Assembly (NCBI RefSeq): GCF_001194135.2
Contig: NC_068994.1
Coordinates: forward strand, 30,325,022-30,372,180
DNA from: Octopus bimaculoides
Lineage: Eukaryota
Reading direction: 5' to 3'
Length of the DNA stretch: 47,159 bases
The first letter of the stretch is position 1. Each line of letters begins with the position of its first letter. The notes below the pieces were generated by a model that was given only the letters and a program-made list of their open reading frames with translations, was not told the origin of the DNA and did not search any database. Positions 12,251 to 23,514 of the stretch are shown here, one piece after another. The translations under genes were made by a program, and so were the position numbers.

Positions 12251-13499
12251 ACATACATATACACACGTGTTTGTCGTATTATGTTATCTTCTGAGGATCG
12301 ATGAAATAAGTACTGGGGTCGATGTAATCGAATCAAAGCGATGCTCCAGGAGGGCCGTTGTCCCATACCCGAAACCAATGAGTGTCAAATATATGCTACA
12401 GGAACATAAAGAATATTTAAAATTACTCGGAGGAGGGAATCTATAAAAAAACAGCTGCATGGTTTTAATTATACAAGTTGTAAATACATTAACATTTTAA
12501 ATTAATTTCTTTCCCTGAAACCCATATATATGCATTTGATTTTTCAAACGAGAGAAAATGTACTCAATACATACATATTTTTTTATTGGCATCTTAAAGA
12601 TCGCAGCGGGTGAGAAACTAGCGATGGATTGGATCACCAGCTTCCGCTGGTTCGATTCTAGAAACTACCTGAAATTTTTTTTCTTCTGAATCTTATTGTT
12701 TTCATATGTCCGTCGATTATCATCACTTGTAATTATATAATTGGTTTTATTAATCACGCATACATATAATAAATTAATATATATAACGTGTCAGTTATGA
12801 AACTCCCAGTGAAAAGTGCAACATGGCAGTAATCGCTACGAGTTTCAACAGTTACTCTGAATCCTCTGTGTGGTAGAAATAGCAGCCAAATACTCCTCGT
12901 GTTACACTCTACCATCTGAAAGACGAAAATAATCCATTGGTTTATAGTCTTTGACACTGCTGGAAAGACGGAATGATCTTGGTTGAAATGCCTTTGGTCG
13001 TGTTTGATATGGAATTATAATATGGTGTTATCAAACACCTAATGCTCTCTCTCCCTAGCCACAATACTTAACTTTACTATTGACATTTTTGATCAAGAAA
13101 ATACTGGAAATTATCAGACCCACCTGTTTATCAGGTTCATAGCATTTAACCTGGCAAGTGGTGTACCCCATGACAGGGTGGTCATGACTGGATGAGACTG
13201 ATTTTGGCGACAATGATCATGATGACTGGCTTCTAGCTCAAAGACTGAGACCGATCTACAAACCTGCGAACCAGGCAGTGGCTGGTTACATAAACTATTC
13301 CCCAAGCAATAGTAGCTGTGATGAAAGTTGTTTAACTTTAGATCAACCTTGGTTTAATAGATGTATGATTAACTGGCATGCCATTGGTCACAATGACGAG
13401 GGAACATCCTGCTCATGAAGTTAATGTAGTTCTCGGGGAGATTCAGTGTGGCACAGATTATGACAAGGATCAACCTTTGAATTACTGGTACAACTCATT

Positions 13500-13722
13500 T
13501 TTGCCAGCTGAAATATGATTTGGTAGATGAAAACTGAAAGAAGCCCATCATATGTATATGTATGTGGTTCTGTGTCTAGACATCACATATTGGTTGTAAA
13601 TGAGCATTATTATCATACAAGTGAGGTTGTTCATTTCCAGATCTTTGATAGCAGAATGCTCTTCCTGTCATCTGTTTCCAAGTAAGGTAATATTTTCTCA
13701 ATGCAGGACATTTCACAGAAGA
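13500..13722 (+). mobile_element. Partial tRNA/CORE SINE (RTE-tail subtype) with its 3' part inverted
   Basis: GATTTGGTAGATGAAAACTGAAAGAAGCCC ... GTTCATTTCCAG matches 35500-35645; the next roughly 80 bp match the reverse complement of the following consensus segment. Confidence 0.6.
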
Positions 13723-13724
13723 TG

Positions 13725-14651
13725 GTTATATTCTGGTTATGCAAGGTCTAGATTAGGCAGGGTTAGGCAGCACTTTCAGCCTCTCAAGTTTGTGCTGGGG
13801 CATTGTCATACTGTAGGAGTGCATGTCTCTGACTGACCACTACTGAGTAGCAGGGTTTCAAAGCATCATATAACTTGTTAGCATTGTTTAGCATAAAGGT
13901 CTGTGTTCACAACATGACTATCTGGGATAAACTCTAAGTGCAACTCCCCCACGAAATTCTACCAAACACACAACGTGACCTTTTCTTCAAACTGTCTTTG
14001 TTTGACAACAACTTCCGAAACCTGGCTGGAATGAAGCCACTGATTTCTCTTAATTAGGATTATGAAAATAGATCCATCTTTTATCCCCAGTTATAATTTG
14101 ATGCCAAAATGGGCATCTTGAAGATTTGCCAGCAGTTGTTTGCAAATGTTCACATGTTGAGCCTGGTCATCGGTCATTTCATGAGGAACTTCTTGACAGT
14201 GTCTGCTCGTAAGTCCAAGCTTACGGAAGTGTCGATTGATGATGCTCTGTGATGGACCAAGTTCTGCTGACAATGTACAAGTGCTTGTACTTAGCTGTTG
14301 TTCACTCATTTCAAGCAAGGCCTCATCTTCCATAACAGGAAGTCTCCCTGAACTTGGTTTGTCTTCAAGGCTGGTGTCACCTTCCTTAATGTCTGAACCA
14401 ATTTTGTGCCCTAAGTTCGTTGACAGTTCCCGGGCCTTCCATATCATTAATTTCATTTGCTGTTTCCTTTGCATTCAATCCTTTTTTCTACAGGTAGTGT
14501 AAAATGGCTCTAATTACAATTTTTTCACCACTCATTATCAAAATATTAAAATGAACAATAAACAATTAATGTTTTTGTGTTTTGTATGAAGATAAAGAAT
14601 AAACAATTCAGCAATGATTGGACATCAAGTTGTATCAAATTAATGATATAA
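13725..14651 (-). mobile_element. Old, degraded mariner transposon remnant
   Basis: ORF 14091-14474 has LEDKPSSGRLP and QEVPHEMT (WVPHEL-like). Frameshifted continuation gives IITGDKRWIY, KVTLCVW, LLQYDNAPA and a decayed PHPAYSPDLAP-like motif. TCAGGTTG TIR-like end at about 14651. Confidence 0.8.
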
Positions 14652-14723
14652 CATGGAGGTGCAAGTTGTCAAAATTTATCAGTGAAAATCTTAAAAAACT
14701 AACTCAACCTGAAGTGTGTTTGT

Positions 14724-14772
<49 letters not shown>

Positions 14773-14782
14773 ATATATATAT

Positions 14783-14989
14783 GACCGTGTGTGTATCGTT
14801 GGCGATTTTCTTTCTCCGTCTTCCCTTCTTTGAACTTTTTCTATATTTCTGATGAAGAGCTCCACTCGAAACATGAAATCTTCTCTCTTTTCTTTCCTTT
14901 CCTGAGCGTCCAATAACACTGTATTTATTCCACATCCTCGTGTTGTTGTTTCTTCGTGTTTTTTCTTGCTTGTTCATGTTTGGATTGAC
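14783..14989 (+). mobile_element. Probable Penelope-like element LTR/terminal fragment inserted in (TA)n
   Basis: Flanked on both sides by (TA)n; contains the CTGATGAAG...CGAAAC motif typical of PLE termini. Confidence 0.55.
14845..14879 (+). ncRNA. Decayed minimal type I hammerhead ribozyme motif
   Basis: ATTT-CTGATGA-A-GAG(CTCCA)CTC-GAAA-C-ATG-AAAT: core boxes, a 3-bp stem II and a 4-bp stem I are present; the cleavage triplet reads AUG (non-cleavable). Confidence 0.45.
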
Positions 14990-15024
<35 letters not shown>

Positions 15025-15465
15025 GCGCACACACACTTAAGATTTCTTTTCAGTTTCTGCCTACATCTATTCACAAACCTTTGATCAGCAATGTTGAACT
15101 AAAACTCTATGAACCACAAAGAGGTCATCAAGTATATTTCCTCTTTAAAACATTAATAAGCACAAACATTCAGAGAGTTTATTTTAGAAAGCATGGAAAA
15201 ATATCTTAATAAGTACAGGGACCTGGATTTTAGCGATGCTCAGGTCCTTCACAAAGCTAATACTTAATGACTAAAGAGAAGGAGCAGTAACTCTGGCCAT
15301 TTTCAGGACTTCAGAGAGTAGTCAGAGGAAGTTGTTCTTTGATGAAAGATTTTGTCCCAATACCAACAATAAGATGGAGTCTGCTGAAGGCACCAAAATA
15401 CCTAGTGGTGTGTTAAACCAGATGGTGTATTTACTGACCAAGAACAAGAACCCTCACTCCAAGAA

Positions 15466-15640
15466 GGTTCCAGCTACCAAGTTTCACTCACAAGGCTTGG
15501 CTCAAGCCAGAAGTATGGTAGAAAACACTACCTCACTGTTAGGTACCACAGTACTTCACTGTACTCACAGTACCTCACAGTGAGACTAAACCTGAAACTA
15601 TGTAACTGAAAAGCTAACTCCTCAACCATGCAGCTGTGAC
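15466..15640 (-). mobile_element. tRNA/CORE SINE 5' fragment
   Basis: Reverse complement matches the head of 42769-43197 (GGTTTAGTCTCACTG..., CCTTGTGAGTGAAACTTGGTAG). Confidence 0.55.
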
Positions 15641-15699
15641 TATGAAGGGTGGGGGTTGGGTTCAATAGCTGGGAACTAGGAAGTGAGAGAGAGAGAAAC

Positions 15700-16110
15700 A
15701 GAGAGTGGTAAAGATACTTGCTTCCCAGTCATGTGATCTTGAAGTTAATGCTATTGTGTGGCACCATTGACAAGTGTCTTCTATAGCTCCAGGCTGACCA
15801 AAGCCTTGTGAGTGGATTTGGGAATTTGGTAGATGGAAACTGAAAGAAGCCTATCATGTATGTGTGTGCGTATGTGTATGTTCCCTTGTATAGATATCAC
15901 ATGATGGAGCATCACTGACATGCAAATAGATTGTTCATTTCTAATCTGATGTGAAAAACATGTCCGGCCAGCGGAAAATATTACTTGGCTTGGAAACTGA
16001 TGATGGTTGGTCACAGGAAGAGCATCTGGCCATAGAAAATCTACTTCAATGAATTCTATCTAACTTGTGCAAGCATGGAAAAGTGGACATTAAACTGATG
16101 ATAATTGTAT
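15700..16110 (+). mobile_element. tRNA/CORE SINE with RTE-like 3' tail
   Basis: CORE-like GGCACCATTGACAAGTGTCTTCTA, body GTGAGTGGATTTGG..GAAACTGAAAGAAGCC, tail CAGGAAGAGCATCTGGCC...GCAAGCATGGAAAAGTGGACATTAAA. Confidence 0.75.
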
Positions 16111-16194
16111 GTGAGGCATTAAACTGATGATAATTACAAGTGAGTATGGCTGGATAACAAGTCCCGAGTACCTATGTTGTTGTGAGCAGAAATA

Positions 16195-16415
16195 GACACC
16201 CTTTAAGTCCCCTCACTCTTGAGCTGGTGGAACATATAGAATGTGACAGGTGCAGAGGCACTTAGCTGGAACTTGTTTTTAGCTGAGTAGATTGGAATAA
16301 CATGAAATGAAATGCCTTGCTCAAGGACGCAGTGCACCACCCAGTTCCGGGATTGAGCCCATGACCTTATGATCATGAGCTGAACACTAACTACTAGGCT
16401 ATCTACCTTCAGAAC
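16195..16415 (-). mobile_element. tRNA/CORE SINE, different subtype
   Basis: Reverse complement has a B-box-like GGCTCAATCCC and CORE-like CCTTGAGCAAGGCATTTCA. Confidence 0.55.
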
Positions 16416-16798
16416 CATTACAACAGTTGGAAATTCAAGAAGGACCCTTTAAGTGGTTGCTTGACCTGACTGAAATTGCACCAAGTCTTCAAATCCTCCC
16501 TATTATATATAAAACAATCAGGGGAAAAGACACATTAGATATTGTATTCTGAATACCCACAAAAGATGGTCATGGCTGGAATGCCTTTGATCATTGATTT
16601 TCTTTGTCATGATTGACTTGAAGTTAAACAACAGCAATAATAACAGTTTCCTTACATTTACTATTTTTTTAACTATTGACCAGTGATCAATTTGTAGAAA
16701 TGAGGAATTAACCATTGACATTTTGACTCATAGATCAGTCACTGTGGATTCAAGCAGCAGGAATCCTCTCATTACAAACATGTTTGTTAAAAAGAAGA

Positions 16799-16960
16799 CA
16801 TCATCATCATTTGACATCTGTTCTTCATGTTGGTATGGGTTGGATGGGTTGACCAGAGCTGTCAAGCAATAGGTTCCAGTCTGATTTGGAATGGTTTCTA
16901 AAGCTGGATACCCTTCCTAATGCCATCCACTTTACAGAGTGTGCTGAGTGCTTTTTACAT
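16799..16960 (-). mobile_element. 5'-truncated RTE LINE 3' end
   Basis: Reverse complement AGCACTCAGCACACTCTGTAAAGTGGATGGCATTAGGAAGGGTATCCAGC...CCAACCCATACCAACATG...ATGATGATG, matching the tail at 24905-25090. Confidence 0.65.
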
Positions 16961-17957
16961 ATTTTTCCAATTTGATCCATGGTAGTTAAAAATTCTATGT
17001 TAATTTCCAATGAAACCGAGGTTAATTGTTGGTGCTAATGTTTTTGTAATTGTATTTTCATTAAAATACATTATTTGTGTGTGTTTCAATTAAATTTTAA
17101 ATAATTCTAGGCCTTTGAAGGATTTGATAAACCAACTTTTGCATTATTAAATTGATGTTTGGAATGTAACTTTATGAAAAGTCTTAGATATAATTGTGAA
17201 GAAGTGTTTTAACTTAACCTTAGGCTAACCATCATCAGAGTAGGTATCAAAAGAATATATATTGAAATACATATATTGTAATGCATATCTACAAGTTTTC
17301 TGTTATGTAGCTGTATGTATGGATGTTAGAGATATTGACTAGACTACCTTGTGGTATTCTTTTCAACTCTCTACACTCTGAGTTCAAACCCTGCTGAAGT
17401 CAGATATATCTTTTATCTCTTCAGAATGGATAAATAAAGCGCCAGTCCAGTATTGGAGTCAACTCTGTCTCTCTCTCATATACATATTAGGAATACTAAG
17501 TGTATTTACACCCATGCCTTACTCAAGGCAAGCCAAATATTTAAACATTCTTAGTACTTGTGAATAATGTCTGGGGTTATAAACCAAACTTAAGGGCCTG
17601 AAAATAAGTAGCTGGTTATTTAATTTTAAGTTTCCGTTGGCTTTTTTTCTCTTAAAATCTTCCCAGAAAAACTAAATCTTCTTTTACTCTTTTGTTTTGT
17701 TTCATTCAATAAGCTGTTGCCATGCTAGGGTACCATTGTTTGTGGTATAGTTGATTCTATCAGGGTACTGTTACTGATCTTGCAATAATGAAAGGGAAAG
17801 TCAACTTGGAAGGGATTGGAACTTCAAGCACAAAGGGACGTAACTACCACAAGATATTTTGTCTGACATACCGATTATCCTATTTATCACCTCTGTAGGT
17901 ATACATACAGATACATTATAATGTATTTAGACATTCATTTAATACATTATAATGTAA

Positions 17958-18640
17958 TCTATTACATATGTGGAAAATCAGTGTGTGTTTGTTTGTGGCG
18001 TTGTTAGCTAACTCCTCCTACATCGTTTTATTGATTTTGATGAAACTTAACACGTNNNNNNNNNNTTTATTGATTTTGATGAAACTTAACACGTGAGTAG
18101 AAATCATGTCTGGAAACCTTGTGACATACTTAGATTGTTGAAAAAAATCGATAATACGGCCCCTAGAAGAGACCTTTATATCTACTTCATATAACTAATT
18201 TTTTTTAAATATACAAGGGAAATAACCCATATCATATGTACAATATTTTTTTTAAACAGTCAAGGGAAATAATCCATTTCATTGTTTATTTTCGATTACT
18301 TTGAATATTGATTTTTTGTGTGTCCTATTTCTAATTTTTGCAGACAATATCACTTTTATATTTTATTTGACATGTGAATAGAGCTCATGTCTGGAAACCT
18401 CGTGACATACTTATATTGTTGAAAAAAATCGATAATAGTGCCTTTCCAATGGATCTTTCTATCTACTACATATTACTAATATTTTATTTAAACAACCCAA
18501 GGGAAATAACTCATACCACCTGCAGATTTTAGCGAAGTAATCAATATNNNNNNNNNNAAGGGAAATAACTCATACCACCTGCAGATTTTAGCGAAGTAAT
18601 CAATATTTGATTCTCACGATCAGCCGACCAAATTCTGCAT
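17958..18640 (+). mobile_element. Helitron/DINE-like non-autonomous element with an approximately 281-bp internal duplication
   Basis: A|TC start, (GTTT)n stretch, then AACTCCTCC...GATTTTGATGAAACTT, a motif common in non-autonomous Helitron/HINE families. CATGTCTGGAAACC repeats at 18105 and 18386. No clear 3' CTRR. Confidence 0.35.
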
Positions 18641-19323
18641 TTCACTACTCAGTTTTGAACTGCTAAATATTATTACTGCACTTTCTTAATTTGAATCTTA
18701 AATATTAAAGACTTCATTCATACATTTCTATACATACATACTTTTTTGAATACCCATTACTCCGATAATTCTGCCTTTTTACAGTTACACTTTTTCCATG
18801 ACTGTAGATAAATTTTTTATTCTACAACATATTTGTAGTGGCTTCATACAGGCATAGTGTGGATTTGATCCTTGATTGCCAAATTTCACTTAACACTTCA
18901 GCAGTGCTTTTCTAAAACAATAGTTTTTCTGTGAATGACAGCAGTTATACATTTCCCAGATGCTTTTGCTAAGCAGAATAATGTCTTTGCTTCTCACCAA
19001 CCTCTGACAACTTCTCTCACTAACATCCAAAAACCTCTCTTGCCAACCTCTTTCTGTCCTCCAGCTGACAGTTTTTTGTACTTTTTCGTGATGGAAAATA
19101 CACCTTTTGTGGCAGTTATAATGAAATTGCTTTCTTATATCAGAATAATAAGGTGTTTCAATAGAACATCTTTACCCCTGGAAATTACCGGGTACACCAG
19201 CTAGTTATACATACACATAATAATACATTATAATGTATGTATACACACACATGATGCATTATAATATTTGTATACACTCATATGATACATTGTGTGTATA
19301 CACATACACATTATACATTATGT

Positions 19324-19353
<30 letters not shown>

Positions 19354-19357
<4 letters not shown>

Positions 19358-20634
19358 GTTGTCTGGAAAGTTTGTGCCAATTTTTAAAGGAAAGAAAAAA
19401 GTCAATAAATACTTCCCATTACATTTTTAATCAATCAAATATGAACCATTTTGTTGCACAATGTGTCTCCATCTTTCCTTTAACTTGAAAATACCCTCTT
19501 CCCAGAATTGAGATGGCTTCATGGCAAAGAATTCATCAAGGTATCTTTTTACGTCATCGAAGGAATTGAAATTTTTACCATTAAGACTATTCTGCAGAGA
19601 CCTGAATAAGTGGAAATCCGAAGGAGCAATATCTGGTGAATATGGAGGTTGGGGTAACACATCCCAGCCGAGCTGCAGCAATTTTTGTCTGGTTCCCAAA
19701 GAAACGTGCTGTCATGCATTATCATGTTGGAAAACAACACCCTTCCTGTTGGCCAATTCTGGATGTTTCTCTTGAATNNNNNNNNNNNNNNNNNNNNNNN
19801 NNNNNNNNNNNNNNNNNNNNNNNNNNNNNNNNNNNNNNNNNNNNNNNNNNNNNNNNNNNNNNNNNNNNNNNNNNNNNNNNNNNNNNNNNNNNNNNNNNNN
19901 NNNNNNNNNNNNNNNNNNNNNNNNNNNNNNNNNNNNNNNNNNNNNNNNNNNNNNNNNNNNNNNNNNNNNNNNNNNNNNNNNNNNNNNNNNNNNNNNNNNN
20001 NNNNNNNNNNNNNNNNNNNNNNNNNNNNNNNNNNNNNNNNNNNNNNNNNNNNNNNNNNNNNNNNNNNNNNNNNNNNNNNNNNNNNNNNNNNNNNNNNNNN
20101 NNNNNNNNNNNNNNNNNNNNNNNNNNNNNNNNNNNNNNNNNNNNNNNNNNNNNNNNNNNNNNNNNNNNNNNNNNNNNNNNNNNNNNNNNNNNNNNNNNNN
20201 NNNNNNNNNNNNNNNNNNNNNNNNNNNNNNNNNNNNNNNNNNNNNNNNNNNNNNNNNTCTGCATGATCACTCTTTATCAATAAGGCTACAATCTCCAGCT
20301 CGGAGCCTTGCAAACCACTTCCGTACAGTTCTTTCGGATAAAGAAACATCACCATAAACTGCGCATATTTCTTTGGTTGATTGTGAGGCATTTTTCCCTT
20401 TACAGAAAAAGAAAAGCAACAATTGCCGAAAATGAAGTTTCTTATCTTCCATTTTAAAGGGTTACAGAATTAACACAGGTTATAGGAACATAAACCTTCT
20501 TCCACGAAAAGATAGCTTAAACTGTGCTCTAAATGGAAGTGTAGTCAAATCCTATTTTATGGACTCAACAATATTCTAAAATAAGTCGAAAGGTAAACTA
20601 CTATAAATTGGCACAAACTTTCCAGACAACCCAA
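19354..20634 (-). mobile_element. Full-length mariner (DD34D) element with perfect 30-bp TIRs and TA TSD
   Basis: TTGGGTTGTCTGGAAAGTTTGTGCCAATTT at 19354-19383 and its exact reverse complement at 20605-20634; TA on both sides. Confidence 0.95.
19427..20452 (-). pseudogene. Mariner transposase pseudogene (N-terminus resembles the mellifera subfamily)
   Basis: MEDKKLHFRQLLLFFFCKGKNASQ...; FQHDNA*QH...PPYSPDIAPSD gives D34D spacing; TGA stops at 20267-20269 and 19712-19714; the middle lies in an N gap. Confidence 0.9.
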
Positions 20635-20940
20635 TATATACACACACATACATACATGCTATATGGCTTGTGTATACATACACATTATACATTATATGGT
20701 ATGTATATACATATGCATAGGTCATATGGCATGTATATACATATACATTATAAATTATATGGTATGTATACACATGCACAATTGTTATATAGCATATATA
20801 TATATATACTGCAAGCTCATACGGACCAGCCCCATCTTTCTGACTATTTTGGAGTACTTAATTCTTGGATTGATCTTTACCATTGGATTACGTCACCTTT
20901 TTATTCACTCAGAGTATGCAATTTCTGCACCTTTTGTGTG

Positions 20941-20977
<37 letters not shown>

Positions 20978-21486
20978 CCCCCTACACACATTAGCAATGT
21001 ATCCCGGCATTGCCCAGGTGTTATGACCTACAGGCTCATTGTATTATTTGCTCCTTTCTTATGAGCAGAATCGACACCACTGATATATAGTTAATGGCAT
21101 AAGGGAAGTTATTGTTTGTTTAAAAGTGAAGGAGGAGGGTACAATTTGCATGGCTTTGCATGAAAGTGCTTTCTGTTCTTAAGAAGGATCACAAACTATG
21201 TATTGTTTCAACGTATAAAAGGGGGTTAATACGATTTTGTCCAGAACTCACGTTTACAAAATTTTATTTTTGCCCCATCCTCACCACAGTTTCTTAGTTT
21301 GTATCTTTTCAATTTTTTTTTTTTTTTTGGTGTTATTTATGTAGAAAAATACAGAGATTACGAATCTAGGGAATACAAATATTTTTTATAGTTTAATTTT
21401 TCTTTAAGAAACACTCAAGCCCTTTCCCCACCTCACCCAACCATTACCTCACTTTCACTTTTGTCTGATCTTTCCCACATGCGTAG

Positions 21487-21558
21487 AATTCTATTGAAAT
21501 AGCAGATTTAAAAAATACCAGACCACCACCAGAAAACCTGACATGCTAGAAACAACAG
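21487..21558 (+). other. Candidate non-coding/5'UTR exon (possibly of the zinc-finger gene)
   Basis: Polypyrimidine tract plus TAG at 21484-21486; perfect CAG|GTAAGT donor at 21558/21559; all frames are closed except a terminal ATG (MLETT). Confidence 0.35.
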
Positions 21559-22064
21559 GTAAGTGATATTATTCCTGAAGAAACTTACCCACTTTCCAAA
21601 AAGCTAAAAGTGAAACATTGGGAGTGTGTAGCTTTTTGAAAGTGGTGAGGTGATGGGTAAAATTCTTAAGGATTCGTACCCTCTGTTTTTTCTCCATGGA
21701 TTACCAAGAAAAAATATTTGAGAGAAGTAAAAAATGAATTTGGTGTGGAGAGAGAGAAAATTAAAATATTGGGAACAGTAGGTGAAATCCTACTGTCATG
21801 TATCGCAAACATAGGAATCAGAAGAAATTTCTGAAAAAAATAAGGCGAGGGAGTGGAAGTGTCACCTCGGATATGCTAGAAAGAAGAAGTAAAAGACGGG
21901 ATTTCTGGGAAAACTTTCTTTTAAGTTTATATCGAAGATCATGTTTTTGAGTATGCCCATCGCAAACACAAATTACACAAGATCATTTCAATTGGATGTG
22001 AGCTTTAAATTTGTTTGTGCACTCTGCAAGAAATAACATAATTCGCACAGAAGTTTTACCTAGA

Positions 22065-22098
<34 letters not shown>

Positions 22099-23139
22099 GT
22101 GTGTGTATGTATGTATGTGTGTGTGTGTGCATATGTGTGTGTGTATCAAAGGAAGTTATTTTATGGCATTTTTTCATTTGAAAAAACAAAGTTGTCAACT
22201 CGACATATATGGGATCATATGATTGTTCGTTAATTTCCGTAAAATTCTTTTAATTTCTTTAGGCTTTGAAGAGAGCACCTGACAAAACACCCCTTCAATC
22301 ACTCTCTCTTCCTCTCTCTTTCTCACACACATGTCCATTTCATATACACGTACATACATCTTTCATTTTCTCCTCTCTTTCACTTTAAAACAAAAGTAAA
22401 TAAATAAAAATTTTTTATGGAATTTAACAAATGCAGATGACAGCTCTGGAAGTCAAAATGAAAGATCACCTAAGCAACTTTCTTTATTGTGATACAGATA
22501 TGACTAATTTGGTGAAACATTACTTTCATTATTCACACATCGTCAGTCTTGTAAGCGAACACTGTAATTTTGGTTGAAATTGAAAGTGGGGAAATTTTCA
22601 CTTTCAATGAAACCTCCTAATTGTTGTAACTTTCAATATCAGTGCATTTCACTGTTGGGTGAGTGGGGGTGGGGGGAAAGTCTCATATACTAAGACACAC
22701 AGAGACATACATTAACACACACCTCAAGCCTATCTCTGTCCCTCTGTGTGCCTGTCTGTGTCTTTTGATGTGTGTGTGTATGTGTGTGTCTGTCATCACA
22801 AAAATGTATGTATACTGACACACAGAAACACCATCACACACATACTTGTCAGTCATTGGCCTAATGTACATAACGAGCATGCAAACACATAGAAAATGTG
22901 ACGTCGTTGTTGTGGTGTTGGTGGTGGTAAAAAATGTTGTTTACGATAGATGACTAAATGAAAAATGATAATCTTAAAATTTTGTAATGCAAATAAGTGA
23001 ATGAAAAGATAGTTTAGTTGGTAGCCAAAAGCTGACTAAATCTTTTGATACCCCATACGTGAAAAACAGCAATTTGGTTTTGGAAAACATAAGGATATAT
23101 GTGATAAGCAGGAGGAGGTATAATCAATGGCGAGTATCA

Positions 23140-23330
23140 GTTTAGTGAGGAATAGGAGTGGGTCAAAGAGGAGGATGTAAGTGGCAATACAAACTGAGTG
23201 GAGATATCAGCATAGTAATAAAACTATAGAGGAGAAATAGGGGTTTGATGTAAAGTTTGGGGTATCACTGGCCTATATGAGAGGGTGTTCAATGGAAAAT
23301 ACAGTGGTAAGGGATGATATTGAGAATGCA
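23140..23330 (-). mobile_element. Possible very old L2/CR1-type RT remnant
   Basis: Minus-strand fragments IPQ / PLFLLY / YYYADISTQFVL resemble GVPQGS..PLLFSLY..YADDTQ. Confidence 0.3.
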
Positions 23331-23514
23331 GTGTGAGTGACAAAGAGAGAGTAAATTAGCAACACAAAAGTGGGGATGAAATATTTGTATCTTTGCTTTC
23401 ATATAATTACAGCAACTGAGTAAATAGTGCTGTTGTTAGAAGTGGTGTGAGTGTTGGGAAGATGAATTGTAGGAATGGAATAAAGGTAAGGGCTGAGACA
23501 AACAATGTTTTGAG

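Larger units (their letters stand above)
19222..20790. repeat. AT-rich minisatellite of about 30 bp, split by the mariner insertion
   Basis: TATACACATACACATTATACATTAT(G/A)TGG-like units at 19222-19353 and 20635-20790. Confidence 0.6.

Noticed and set aside
18017-18095. Exact duplication TTTATTGATTTTGATGAAACTTAACACGT on both sides of a 10-N gap
   Set aside because: Typical unmerged contig overlap; an assembly artefact.
18498-18607. Exact duplication AAGGGAAATAACTCATACC...CAATAT flanking a 10-N gap
   Set aside because: Same negative-gap assembly artefact.
17911-19238. Palindrome (A)TACATTATAATGTA(T) found three times (17911, 17943, 19223)
   Set aside because: It lies in AT-rich (ATAC/ATGT) microsatellite context where such palindromes arise readily; no evidence of function.
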